From: Bacteroidales bacterium
GTDB lineage: Bacteria > Bacteroidota > Bacteroidia > Bacteroidales > JAADJA01
Assembly (NCBI GenBank): GCA_020438135.1
Contig: JAGQVF010000083.1
Coordinates: 4,415 to 68,414 of the forward strand
Length of the DNA: 64,000 nt
Direction of reading: 5' to 3'
In this document: positions 1 to 8,658 of the stretch, in pieces
Layout of the letters: the number at the start of each line of letters is the position of its first letter
Numbering within the stretch: position 1 is the first letter of the stretch
The notes under the pieces: generated by a model
The model's input: only the letters and a program-made list of their open reading frames with translations
Databases searched by the model: none
What the model was told of the DNA's origin: nothing
Made by a program: the position numbers and the translations under genes

Positions 1-346
1 GTATCTGCTTTTCGATTTTTGCGCCTTCTTCGCTTACTTCGCTGAAACCTGCCGAGAGGATGATGAAGGCTTTTGTGTTTTTTTCTTCGGTGAGGACTTT
101 TACGGTGTCGAAGGTGTAGCGGGCGGCTATGGCGATGATGGCCATTTCAACCGTGGGGATGTCGCTGATATGGTTGAAGCTTTTGATGCCCTGTACTTCT
201 TTTTCTTTTGGGTTGACTACGTAAAGGTCGCCTTTATAATTTCCGTCGAGGAGGTTTTTGAGGACTTTGCCGCCGGGTTTGGCGATGTCGTTGGAACCTC
301 CGACGACTACGATGCTTTTGGGATCGACTATTTGTGGGGTTATCAT
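1..346 (-). CDS. ADP-forming acetate--CoA ligase family protein, N-terminal CoA-binding domain (3' end beyond window)
   Basis: Absent from the ORF track because it is open at the window edge. The reverse-strand ATG at 346..344 translates to MITPQIVDPKSIVVVGGSNDIAKPGGKVLKNLLDGNYKGDLYVVNPKEKEVQGIKSFNHISDIPTVEMAIIAIAARYTFDTVKVLTEEKNTKAFIILSAGFSEVSEEG. This is the CoA-binding Rossmann pattern of succinyl-CoA-synthetase-like enzymes. The listed + ORF 170..373 is its antisense shadow. Confidence 0.7.
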   Translation of the reverse strand, partial: MITPQIVDPKSIVVVGGSNDIAKPGGKVLKNLLDGNYKGDLYVVNPKEKEVQGIKSFNHISDIPTVEMAIIAIAARYTFDTVKVLTEEKNTKAFIILSAGFSEVSEEGAKIEKQI

Positions 347-414
347 TTGTTTCTTGTTTTTAGACGCGGCTAAATTAAAAAAAATGGAGAGGAGAAAGGT
401 GGGAAAAGGTTAAA

Positions 415-570
415 ATGGTTGAAGTTGTTGAATCGGTTGAACGGGTTGAAAGCTGTTTCACAGAGGTGCACTGAGGTTTTTAATGAGGTTGCATGGTTGA
501 AGTTGTTGAACCGGTTAAATTGGTTGAAAGCTGTTTTACAGAGGTGTACTAAGGTTGCATAGAGGTGAAA
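415..570. repeat. Tandem ~78-bp direct repeat (2 copies plus a degenerate third start) built from 9-bp-spaced GGTTGAA heptamers
   Basis: Copy 1 starts at 415 (atggttgaagttgttgaatcggttgaacgggttgaaagctgtttcacagaggtgcac). Copy 2 starts at 493 (atggttgaagttgttgaaccggttaaattggttgaaagctgttttacagaggtgtac). A ~60-bp core is conserved and the tails vary. Within each copy (G)GTTGAA recurs four times at 9-nt spacing. Confidence 0.85.
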
Positions 571-659
571 GGAGGTTTTTGAATTTTGGAATGGTGGAAT
601 TGCTGAGCATAACGAAGCTTCTCCTTTGAGGGGTTGGACTGTTGGATTGTTGTGGATGT

Positions 660-2471
660 TTACTCTAGCAGGAATCCGAGGCCGACGACTCCGGGTCCGA
701 CGTGGGCGCCGAGAACGGGTGATGCGAAGTTGATGAATTTTGGTTTTTGTCCGGTGATGGCTTCCATTTCGCGGGCATACCAGGCAGCGCCTTCTTGGTT
801 GTCGGCGTGAGATATGGAATAACCCCAGACTTTATTGCCGTTCATAATACGGGCGGCTTCTTCGATGACCATCTTCATGGCTTGTTTGGTGGACCTGGGT
901 TTTCCGAATACTTCGGTTTTGCCTTCCTGGTTTACGGTAACGAGGGGCTGAATACCCAGCAATTTCCCAACAAATCCGCGTACTGCACTTACCCTTCCTC
1001 CGCGAATCATATATTTTAATGTGGGGGCACTTACAAATAAATGTGTATTGGCGGTCCATCTTTCGATTTCGCGGTTCAACTGTTCGTACTGCATGCCGTT
1101 TTCGATGGCTTCGGCAGCACGCAACACTATAAGACCGAGCGCTGCAGTGAGTTTGTTGGAACTGTGAACAGTGATTTCGGACTGGTTCCGCTCTTTAACG
1201 GCGAACCCGGCTTTTTTGCTGTTGGAAAAGGTGCCACTCATTTTTTCGCTAAGGTGAATGCCTACTATCTGATCGTAGTGGCTGGTGAGGTAGTTGTAAC
1301 GATTTGTAAAATCTTTGTAGGTTGGTTGTGAAGTAGTCGGGTTGTAATCGACCTTTTCCATCAGCTTGTAAAACTCATCGGAAGTGATGGTTAGCGAATC
1401 GAGATAAAAATCGTTTTTGAAATGGACTGTGAGTGGCACTACCTGTATCTGGTATTGTTCGACAATTTCCTGGGGTAGATCGCAGGTAGAGTCGGTGAGC
1501 AGCGCGATCTTGTATTTGCGTCGATGGACGATATCGCTCTGCATTTTCATGTCGTCAACCTTTTTGAAGGTGATGTTTCCAATGTCTTTAATATCGGAAA
1601 AGAGTTTTGCAGGATTGTCGGTATGAATGTGAAACCTGAGTCGCCTGGGTGAACCAGCAACAACGAGAGAATCACCATAGGGTGCGATCACATCGCGGAG
1701 TTTTGTTTTGTTGGCAGTATCTTCGGTGTCGAAACCGATGAGGGCTTCGGTGCAATAACGGAAGGTGATGTTAGATTCGTCGTGAATCATTTCTTCGAAA
1801 TCTTTCACCTTGATGACGTTACGTGCTGTTGCCAGCCTTTTGAGTTCGCCGTGTTTGAAAAAATCGATCATCCCTTCGAGGAACAAAACAAACCCTTTGG
1901 CTCCTGCATCGACCACATTTGAACGCGCCAGAATTTCGAGTTTTTTGGGTGTGTCTTCGAGGGCCTGCATTGCTTTTTTGTAGGATTCGGCAATGAGTTC
2001 GTTGAAAAATAAAAATTTATCCTTAATGGCATAGACATACTCGGCCCATTCGCGCATAACCGAAATCATGGTGCCTTCTACCGGATTTGCAATGGCTTCG
2101 TAGGCATATTGAACGGCTTTTTTGATGACTTCGGCAAAGTCGGAAATGGTTAGGTTTTTAACGTTTGGAATTTCGTTGCTGAATCCATAGAGGAATTGAG
2201 CAAAGATGATCCCGGAATTGCCTCTTGCCCCGATAAGGGCTGCATCGGCAAGTGCAACAGCGGTGACCTTGATGTTGTCGGTCGGAATGGAGGTGTCGAT
2301 TATAGATCGCATGGTAGATGCGAGGTTAGTACCCGTATCTCCATCGGCAACAGGAAATACATTGATCTTATTGATGCCCTTGTAGTGGTCGAAAATTTTT
2401 TGGGCACCTGCCAGGAAGCTGTAGTAGAAACGCTTTCCGTCGAGTTCGTTTGTATCTGTTTTATATACCAC
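660..2471 (-). CDS. DhaL/Dak2-domain (FakA/YloV-like N-terminus) fused to a complete DegV lipid-binding domain
   Basis: 603 aa with a GTG start. aa 1-320 carry Dak2/FakA-type motifs: NVFPVADGDTGTNL, GARGNSGII, PVEGTM, RYCTEALI, GDSLVV..RFHIHTD. aa 321-603 (nt 663..1511) are DegV-like: KIALLTDSTCDLP, TTSQP, LSEKMSGTF, LKYMIRGGRV. Confidence 0.85.
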   Translation of the reverse strand: MVYKTDTNELDGKRFYYSFLAGAQKIFDHYKGINKINVFPVADGDTGTNLASTMRSIIDTSIPTDNIKVTAVALADAALIGARGNSGIIFAQFLYGFSNEIPNVKNLTISDFAEVIKKAVQYAYEAIANPVEGTMISVMREWAEYVYAIKDKFLFFNELIAESYKKAMQALEDTPKKLEILARSNVVDAGAKGFVLFLEGMIDFFKHGELKRLATARNVIKVKDFEEMIHDESNITFRYCTEALIGFDTEDTANKTKLRDVIAPYGDSLVVAGSPRRLRFHIHTDNPAKLFSDIKDIGNITFKKVDDMKMQSDIVHRRKYKIALLTDSTCDLPQEIVEQYQIQVVPLTVHFKNDFYLDSLTITSDEFYKLMEKVDYNPTTSQPTYKDFTNRYNYLTSHYDQIVGIHLSEKMSGTFSNSKKAGFAVKERNQSEITVHSSNKLTAALGLIVLRAAEAIENGMQYEQLNREIERWTANTHLFVSAPTLKYMIRGGRVSAVRGFVGKLLGIQPLVTVNQEGKTEVFGKPRSTKQAMKMVIEEAARIMNGNKVWGYSISHADNQEGAAWYAREMEAITGQKPKFINFASPVLGAHVGPGVVGLGFLLE

Positions 2472-2500
2472 TGTTAAAGATCTGAAGTTTTACCTGGGTG

Positions 2501-2508
2501 CAAAGATA
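2501..2508 (-). promoter_or_regulatory. Bacteroidetes-type -7 box (TATCTTTG on the - strand)
   Basis: The + strand reads caaagata, which is TAnnTTTG on the - strand, 30 nt upstream of the start at 2471. Confidence 0.4.
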
Positions 2509-2555
2509 ACTATAAAATAATTTTAAAATATAAACGAAAAAACGGCCTTATGGTT

Positions 2556-3305
2556 TTAATTCATAGGCTTTTCGTACTTGTTTCGTAAAAATTGTTCAAT
2601 TTTGCCTGTGAACGCCCGGTCGATGGTATTTACTGAAATAGTAAGTGTTTTGACGCCTCCGCTAATTTGCTTGAGTGATATTGCAGGTTCCTTTTTGATA
2701 GATGTCCACGGTAATGAAATCAGAGTCGTTTTGATTTTTTGAGACAGAACTTCGAATGAGTCTTCAGAACGGACATGAAGATCGAATGTGAAACCCGGTG
2801 AGAGCATTTTGCTTTCACTTTTCATGAAAAAACCTTTATGCAATTGCGAATAAGACAGATAGATGGTATGACCTTCCTGGTTTTCAAGTTCGATGAAGGT
2901 ATTCGCGCATCTGATTACTTTACCTTTCAGATTTTGCAAGTGTAGCATATCGCCTTCGGAGAGCTGATATTGATTCCGGAACAAAATACCGGAGATGAGA
3001 TCGGTCAGCCAAAATTTGTAAAGCAGATATAATAATGCGAGTAATACCAACCCGATAATCAAAGTGAACCAGGACCGTGTGTCTGCAAAAAGAAAAAAGA
3101 ACCAGCTGAAGTAGAATATCCAAACCAGTAATTGCAGCAGCTTCCATTGCTCCCGCCGTTTAGTCATGCTTGACTTATTGCGGATAACATAGGGCATGAG
3201 CAGTCGTACAGGAACAAAAATCAGGAGAATTATAATTCCCCAGAGAATCATTTTCCAAATTACATTTTGCCAGTCGTATTGAATGATATCAATCATGTTG
3301 TTCAT
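2556..3305 (-). CDS. MscS-family (small-conductance mechanosensitive channel-like) membrane protein
   Basis: 249 aa with three hydrophobic helices. These are followed by an MscS-type beta-domain pattern (DLISGILFRNQYQLSEGDMLHLQNLKGKVIRCANTFIELENQEGHTIYLSYSQL) and an alpha/beta C-terminal domain. The ATG at 3305..3303 overlaps the upstream TGA at 3304..3302. Confidence 0.6.
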   Translation of the reverse strand: MNNMIDIIQYDWQNVIWKMILWGIIILLIFVPVRLLMPYVIRNKSSMTKRREQWKLLQLLVWIFYFSWFFFLFADTRSWFTLIIGLVLLALLYLLYKFWLTDLISGILFRNQYQLSEGDMLHLQNLKGKVIRCANTFIELENQEGHTIYLSYSQLHKGFFMKSESKMLSPGFTFDLHVRSEDSFEVLSQKIKTTLISLPWTSIKKEPAISLKQISGGVKTLTISVNTIDRAFTGKIEQFLRNKYEKPMN

Positions 3306-6300
3306 TTTAACTGTTGGCTTGCATCTCCTCCGAAGAGTATACGATTTATATGCACGAACATATACTTGTCGATCTCATACACATGGCCTGCGGTTTCAAC
3401 TACCAATCCTGCTCTTTTCATAAACCGGATATTCTTTTCAACGGTTTCTTCGTTGTCGAGTGTTACCCTTTGAAGTTTTTCGAAACTGAGTCTTTTGTGA
3501 AAGATAAATTGCATCAGGTATAGCCTGATGACCGGAGGTAATTCTTTCAGAATAGTTAAATCAGGCATTTCAGGAGATTTGATCTCAATCTCCTTTCCGT
3601 TTACACCGGTAATGTTAGCCACCCAGGTAAGTAAAGCAATTCCTATGTTTCCACCGGTATAATTGAAATATCTTGAGAATAACCGGGCCGTTTCCGAGAC
3701 GTGGAAAATACCGGATTGTTTGTTTTTCATTTTCATTGTAAAGCCGCTTGTCCGGTGCCTGAAGAGGATCACGTCCTGAAGTTGTTTCGAATTCATCGGT
3801 TCAAGGTCGATGATGTTGAGGAAATAACGATTGATTTCGATCATTTGGTTGATCACCTCAAAACTTTGTGTGTTTACCGTTATCATAAACAACTGCCTGT
3901 TGCCAAATTTCTGAAGTATGTCGGCCAAACATTTGATCACCTCAAGTCCATTTTCGGTTTTTTCCCACCATAATTCGAGGTTGTCGATGATGATCAGCGA
4001 GTTTTCGTGCAACCTGGTGAATATATTAAGGTAAGGTTCAAAAATTCCTGTAGCCTCCTGTAGTGCATTCGTAAAAGTATTTACCTCGGTGCTTCCACCG
4101 GTGGGTACCTGAATGTAATATGTATTTTGATTGTTGAACTGCGCAGATGCGATATAATTGACGAAAAAGGTTTTTCCGCTGTTTTGTTCTCCACGAACAA
4201 GAATTGCTCCTGAAAATCCACTGGAATGCCGGTTGATGGCTTTAACGGTTTCCTGTATTTCTTTTTCGCGGTTAAACCAGAATTCGTTCTGGTAGTTAAA
4301 TTTGCGAAGGAAAAGTTGCTGGTAATAAAACGGAAGTTTGTCAACCACCATTTTCGAAGGTGAAGTTTTTTCCCTGATATTTAACAGTGCATTTACTGTT
4401 GAGCCTGACTTATTGCCCGATTCAGCCACTTTTCGGGCAAACAAAATGGCGTCACTTTTCCGGTGCCACAACTGTGCGGATTTACGTTTGATGTTTTCGT
4501 TCACTGACTTGAGCCGCTGTGGTATAGTTTTTTTCACCTTGCCGGTTTTCCTGAGATACCTGCGGTATTTTTCAGGAGTTTTAAGGAGTTTGTAAATTGT
4601 CAGATCATCCAGTGTACTTTGCATATCTTTCAATAGCTTAACACGCAGATCATCCACAATTGCATCGACGGCTTTTGTTTCCGCTTTGGCCGTTTCTTTC
4701 TGTTCCCTCACAAATTCAAGATAGGTATTGTCGTCGTAAATAAAATCCTGTTCTTCAGAAACCAGGTCATTCCTTTTGTTGCCGAAGCTGATCCGCCTGA
4801 TGGTATCTCTCACATTTTCCATCGAATCGAGTACCTGACCGGCTAGTTTGCCTGTTCCGTCGATCATGGGTTCAAGGAGGTTTCCCTGGATATAGTAATC
4901 GACCAGTTGAAGGGTGGAAAGTTTAACTGTTTCCGTTTCTTCAAATAAAGTATTTGTAATGGTATTAAAAGATTCGGTGCTCAGAAATTCAGAGGTTCGC
5001 GGAAGTTTATTGATCACTGTTTTAATATTCCGGAAAGCTTTGTCAGTGATCTTATCGATGGAAAGCTGGAGTTCGTGTCTGCCCGGTAATTGCATTTCAA
5101 AGGCAGGTATTTGTTCACCTGTCTTTTTACCCGATTCAAGGCTTTCAACATACTCTTCAAGCTTCGCAATGGTTTTTTCAGCTTTCATGACAACATTTTC
5201 CTGAACAACCGTTTCGATTTCGGAAAGTGATTCAGCTATGGTTTTGTTTACCCTGTATTTTATTTGTGCAATTCTGATATCAACATGGGCGGCATTATGC
5301 AACAGTATCAGTTTTTCTGCGAGGAATACAGGGGCTTTTTCAAGCTGTGAAATGAGGCTTCTTACCTTGTGGGCCGGGTATTCATTCATGAAGTAATTGG
5401 CAGGTATTTTTGAGGCGATGCCATTCATTTCGTCGGTTGCCCTTGAAAGTGCTTCCATTAAGCTGGCGATCAAAATACCGGAAGATACTGAAGAAAATGA
5501 AGTGAATTTCCTAAGTGCTGCCGCTATTTTTTCTTTTTCTTCTTTCATTCTTACATCGCTGAACTGTACTTCAGGTTGCAGTTCAAACAGGGTGAAACTT
5601 CTGTTTACAATATCGATCAGTTTTTGAAATTCAATGACTGATTCTACCTGCAACCTTCCGTATTTATCGAGAGATTTAAGAAGGTTGTTATATACGTTAA
5701 TGGGTATCTCACTTCTGACAAGTTTTCTTAACCTGAAATGATAATTGATCCCGCGTTTCTTTTTCTTAGAAGAATGTATTGTTCGTTTCCAGGATTTGAA
5801 AAGCCTGCTTCGCGGATGATCGGCCATGTTCTTTTCCAGGTCTTTGCCAAAATAAGTAACGTTGATGCTGGCAGGTACCAGGTCGGCAGTATTTCCAATC
5901 CGGTTAATCAGGTAATTGATTCCGTTGCGAATTGTTTCGGTTTGTTCTCTGATGGTTGTTTTGTACATATCCTCAGGGATACGGGCTGCCTTGATCAGGA
6001 AATTGATCTTTAATGCAGAGATGATCCTGAGTCGCTGTTCTTGTTGTGCTTTCCTGAAGCTTTGTGATTGAAAAGTGCTGAAGATGTCTGTCACCATATG
6101 ATCAATGGTGAGGTTTACATGACGGTGGAAATCCATGGCAGGTTCCATATAGCCGCTCTGAAACTCGTTTAATATGCGTGAAAAAGCAGATAACTGGTTT
6201 TTTATTTCAATTGCCAGTTCTTCCTGCTCAGGGAAGTTTTCTTTGTTCATAAACACCGGATCGGTTGCTATGGCAAGGTCACTGTCTTTTTCAATTGAAG

Positions 6301-8506
6301 TTAATTGTGGTGTTTCTGAACCCAATTTAAGTTTTTTAAAGGTACTTGAGGCTCTGATCATTAATACCGTACCTATTTTATGCAGCAGTTTGTTGGTAGA
6401 CTTTACAAATTCTTCTTCTTCGCCAGCTATAATTTCGGGCAATCCAACGATAACCAGATCACTGCTTCCCGACTCGGCATACATCAGATCATACAGAGAT
6501 TTTTTTTCTATTTCGTTGTTGATTACTTTAATATTTGCATTAAACCTGATGTTCTCGAGCAGTTGTTCGGCCTTTCTGTGTATTTTTTCGTTTTGATCGT
6601 TGCGGCTGTTTGCGATCATTAACCTGACAGTTGCATTTTGCCAAGTACCTGAAAGCAGAATAAGTTTAGCCAGACTGAGGGCAAGATTTCCCTGATTGCT
6701 TACATCTTTCCACCAGATATCAATGGTTTGGTATTTCCCAAACCCTGCGTTTTTATCATAATCGAGCACCAGCACATTGAGGTCTAGTCCATTAAGTGTG
6801 TTCAGAGATTGTACAAATCTGCCCGGGTTTCTCGATTGTCGTGCCCATCCCAGCAAAACGGTATTGGGTTCGAAACCACTAAAACCATAAATGGCTGATA
6901 TCGTTTCAATTCCTTCATAAATATCACGAACCGTTTTTTTACGTGTGAATATTCCCGGATCATCATTTTCATCAATGATCGATTGTTTTCTTTTTGGAAA
7001 AAGAACTGTAGCAGACTTGTTTTCGATCAGGTCGAAATTTGATAAAACACCATGTTTTCCAATGATATATTTTCCGAACTCAATGAGATGGGGTCTTTTT
7101 TTTGTGCCACCGCTAAAGAGGATGATGTTGGGTTTCCAGTTTCGTTCTTCCTCGTCCTGACGGTCCATTTTGTAGAGCGCATTTTTAACTACCGAAGAAT
7201 ATACACTTTGCCACACATCTCCATAACCGGTGCGTAGGTTTTTACGTTTCAGGAAAAAGAATAGTCCCCACATGATGATCAAAGCAGCAAACATCGAAAC
7301 CATATCGAGCTTAAACATCACACCAAAGGCGGCAATAAAGCCAATTAAACCGATATAACGATTTACTCTGAAGGAAGGTCTGAAGTCGGTACTTGCCCAG
7401 CTTTCCAGGAAAAAAGCAAGATTGATAAATCCATAAGAAGCGAGATAAAACATCGAAACGATTCCCGCGATCACATTTAGTTCTCCGATTAAAATTCCCG
7501 CTTCGGCAATCAGGAAAATGAATATCAGCGCATTTCGAGGTTCATTGTTTTTTCCATAAGTTTTTGCAAATATCCGGGGAGTGATTTTATCGGCAGAGGT
7601 TGCCTGCAAAATCCGCGGACCTCCAAGAATTCCTCCAAGGGCTGACGATAATGTGGCACCCCAGATCCCCGCTATCACCAGTGGCGAAATCCAGGCAATC
7701 TTAAGTAAAAAATTGTAATCGGAAAGCAACAGTTGCCTATCAACAAAAAATGCAAAACCGATGGCAAGGCCGAGGTAAACTATCAAACCGGTTCCAATGG
7801 AAGCTAGCGTTCCTCTTGGTATTGCTTTTTTTGGATTGGCCAGATCACCAGACATGGCTACCCCTGCCGTGAAACCGGTAACAGCCGGGAAAAATATGGC
7901 AAAGATCACCTCGATGGGAAGTGCTTCAGGGGCCTTGCTGAGAATCACGCCTCCTGCATCGGCATTACCTCCTGTAAAAAGTCCGACACCTATTGATACC
8001 AGTGAAAGTGCAATAAAACCCAAAATGTAGAATTGGGTTTTAATGGCTAAGCTTGTACTGATAAATGCAACCACCACCAAAACAACTATACTTGCCGAAC
8101 CAATGATCCGGTAGCCCATATCATTTTGTTCGAGCCCAAGAAAGTTGCGAATGCTTTCAATACCGAGGAAACTCTCTGCAAACCCGACCAGGTATAGTGA
8201 TATGCTCAGTGCTGTACCGATGAATAATGCGATGCCAATGGCTCCACCCATGGGCAATCCAAGACTTCTCGATAAAATGTAATAAATACCTCCGGCCCTT
8301 ATCTTTTTATCGGTGGCGACGGAAGAAATGCTTAATCCGGTAGTCACAGAGATTATATGGGCGATCAGTATAATTGTCAGTGTGCTGACCAGCCCGGCCT
8401 GACCTACGACCCATCCAAGCCGCATATACATAATCACCCCAAGGATGGTCAGTAGTGAGGGTGTGAATACGCCTGCAAAAGCACCGAATTTTTTAGCTTG
8501 TGGCAT
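3302..8506 (-). CDS. Giant fusion protein: SLC12/CCC-type (APC superfamily) cation-chloride cotransporter + long helical region + C-terminal P-loop NTPase with winged-helix-like tail
   Basis: One uninterrupted 1,734-aa ORF. aa 1-~728 look like a full transporter: FGAFAGVFTPSLLTILGVIMYMRLGWVVGQAG, ~12 hydrophobic spans, and a soluble SLC12-like C-terminal domain. Walker A GEQNSGKT is at nt 4169..4192 and Walker B-like LIIIDNLE lies ~60 aa later. The C-terminal KRAGLVVETAGHVYEI is winged-helix-like. Confidence 0.85.
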   Translation of the reverse strand: MPQAKKFGAFAGVFTPSLLTILGVIMYMRLGWVVGQAGLVSTLTIILIAHIISVTTGLSISSVATDKKIRAGGIYYILSRSLGLPMGGAIGIALFIGTALSISLYLVGFAESFLGIESIRNFLGLEQNDMGYRIIGSASIVVLVVVAFISTSLAIKTQFYILGFIALSLVSIGVGLFTGGNADAGGVILSKAPEALPIEVIFAIFFPAVTGFTAGVAMSGDLANPKKAIPRGTLASIGTGLIVYLGLAIGFAFFVDRQLLLSDYNFLLKIAWISPLVIAGIWGATLSSALGGILGGPRILQATSADKITPRIFAKTYGKNNEPRNALIFIFLIAEAGILIGELNVIAGIVSMFYLASYGFINLAFFLESWASTDFRPSFRVNRYIGLIGFIAAFGVMFKLDMVSMFAALIIMWGLFFFLKRKNLRTGYGDVWQSVYSSVVKNALYKMDRQDEEERNWKPNIILFSGGTKKRPHLIEFGKYIIGKHGVLSNFDLIENKSATVLFPKRKQSIIDENDDPGIFTRKKTVRDIYEGIETISAIYGFSGFEPNTVLLGWARQSRNPGRFVQSLNTLNGLDLNVLVLDYDKNAGFGKYQTIDIWWKDVSNQGNLALSLAKLILLSGTWQNATVRLMIANSRNDQNEKIHRKAEQLLENIRFNANIKVINNEIEKKSLYDLMYAESGSSDLVIVGLPEIIAGEEEEFVKSTNKLLHKIGTVLMIRASSTFKKLKLGSETPQLTSIEKDSDLAIATDPVFMNKENFPEQEELAIEIKNQLSAFSRILNEFQSGYMEPAMDFHRHVNLTIDHMVTDIFSTFQSQSFRKAQQEQRLRIISALKINFLIKAARIPEDMYKTTIREQTETIRNGINYLINRIGNTADLVPASINVTYFGKDLEKNMADHPRSRLFKSWKRTIHSSKKKKRGINYHFRLRKLVRSEIPINVYNNLLKSLDKYGRLQVESVIEFQKLIDIVNRSFTLFELQPEVQFSDVRMKEEKEKIAAALRKFTSFSSVSSGILIASLMEALSRATDEMNGIASKIPANYFMNEYPAHKVRSLISQLEKAPVFLAEKLILLHNAAHVDIRIAQIKYRVNKTIAESLSEIETVVQENVVMKAEKTIAKLEEYVESLESGKKTGEQIPAFEMQLPGRHELQLSIDKITDKAFRNIKTVINKLPRTSEFLSTESFNTITNTLFEETETVKLSTLQLVDYYIQGNLLEPMIDGTGKLAGQVLDSMENVRDTIRRISFGNKRNDLVSEEQDFIYDDNTYLEFVREQKETAKAETKAVDAIVDDLRVKLLKDMQSTLDDLTIYKLLKTPEKYRRYLRKTGKVKKTIPQRLKSVNENIKRKSAQLWHRKSDAILFARKVAESGNKSGSTVNALLNIREKTSPSKMVVDKLPFYYQQLFLRKFNYQNEFWFNREKEIQETVKAINRHSSGFSGAILVRGEQNSGKTFFVNYIASAQFNNQNTYYIQVPTGGSTEVNTFTNALQEATGIFEPYLNIFTRLHENSLIIIDNLELWWEKTENGLEVIKCLADILQKFGNRQLFMITVNTQSFEVINQMIEINRYFLNIIDLEPMNSKQLQDVILFRHRTSGFTMKMKNKQSGIFHVSETARLFSRYFNYTGGNIGIALLTWVANITGVNGKEIEIKSPEMPDLTILKELPPVIRLYLMQFIFHKRLSFEKLQRVTLDNEETVEKNIRFMKRAGLVVETAGHVYEIDKYMFVHINRILFGGDASQQLK

Positions 8507-8658
8507 AAATAATTTTGAGGGCTAAAAATACGAAAATATTGTAAACCTGCTAGAAATAAACCAAACCACGTGATTCGGGAAACGGTATCATCCACAATTT
8601 TTTATACTTTTATAGTCTGAGTTGCAACCGCAAAAATGCATTTTTTGTCATAAGAGAA

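Noticed and set aside
170-373. + strand ORF of 67 aa at the left edge
   Set aside because: It lies antisense to a much better reverse-strand reading frame (1..346) with a clear CoA-binding-domain sequence. It has low-complexity composition (FFFF) and no motif.
415-570. Tandem repeat considered as a CRISPR array
   Set aside because: There are only two adjacent copies with no unique spacers between them, the units are 78 bp, and no cas genes are nearby.
3314-8030. About a dozen 60-140-aa ORFs on both strands nested inside the 1,734-aa gene, and similar nested ORFs inside other long genes (for example 747..1331, 19525..21641, 54164..56707, 59149..62094)
   Set aside because: These are shadow ORFs within long, motif-rich coding frames. 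None has a recognisable motif or its own promoter-like signal.
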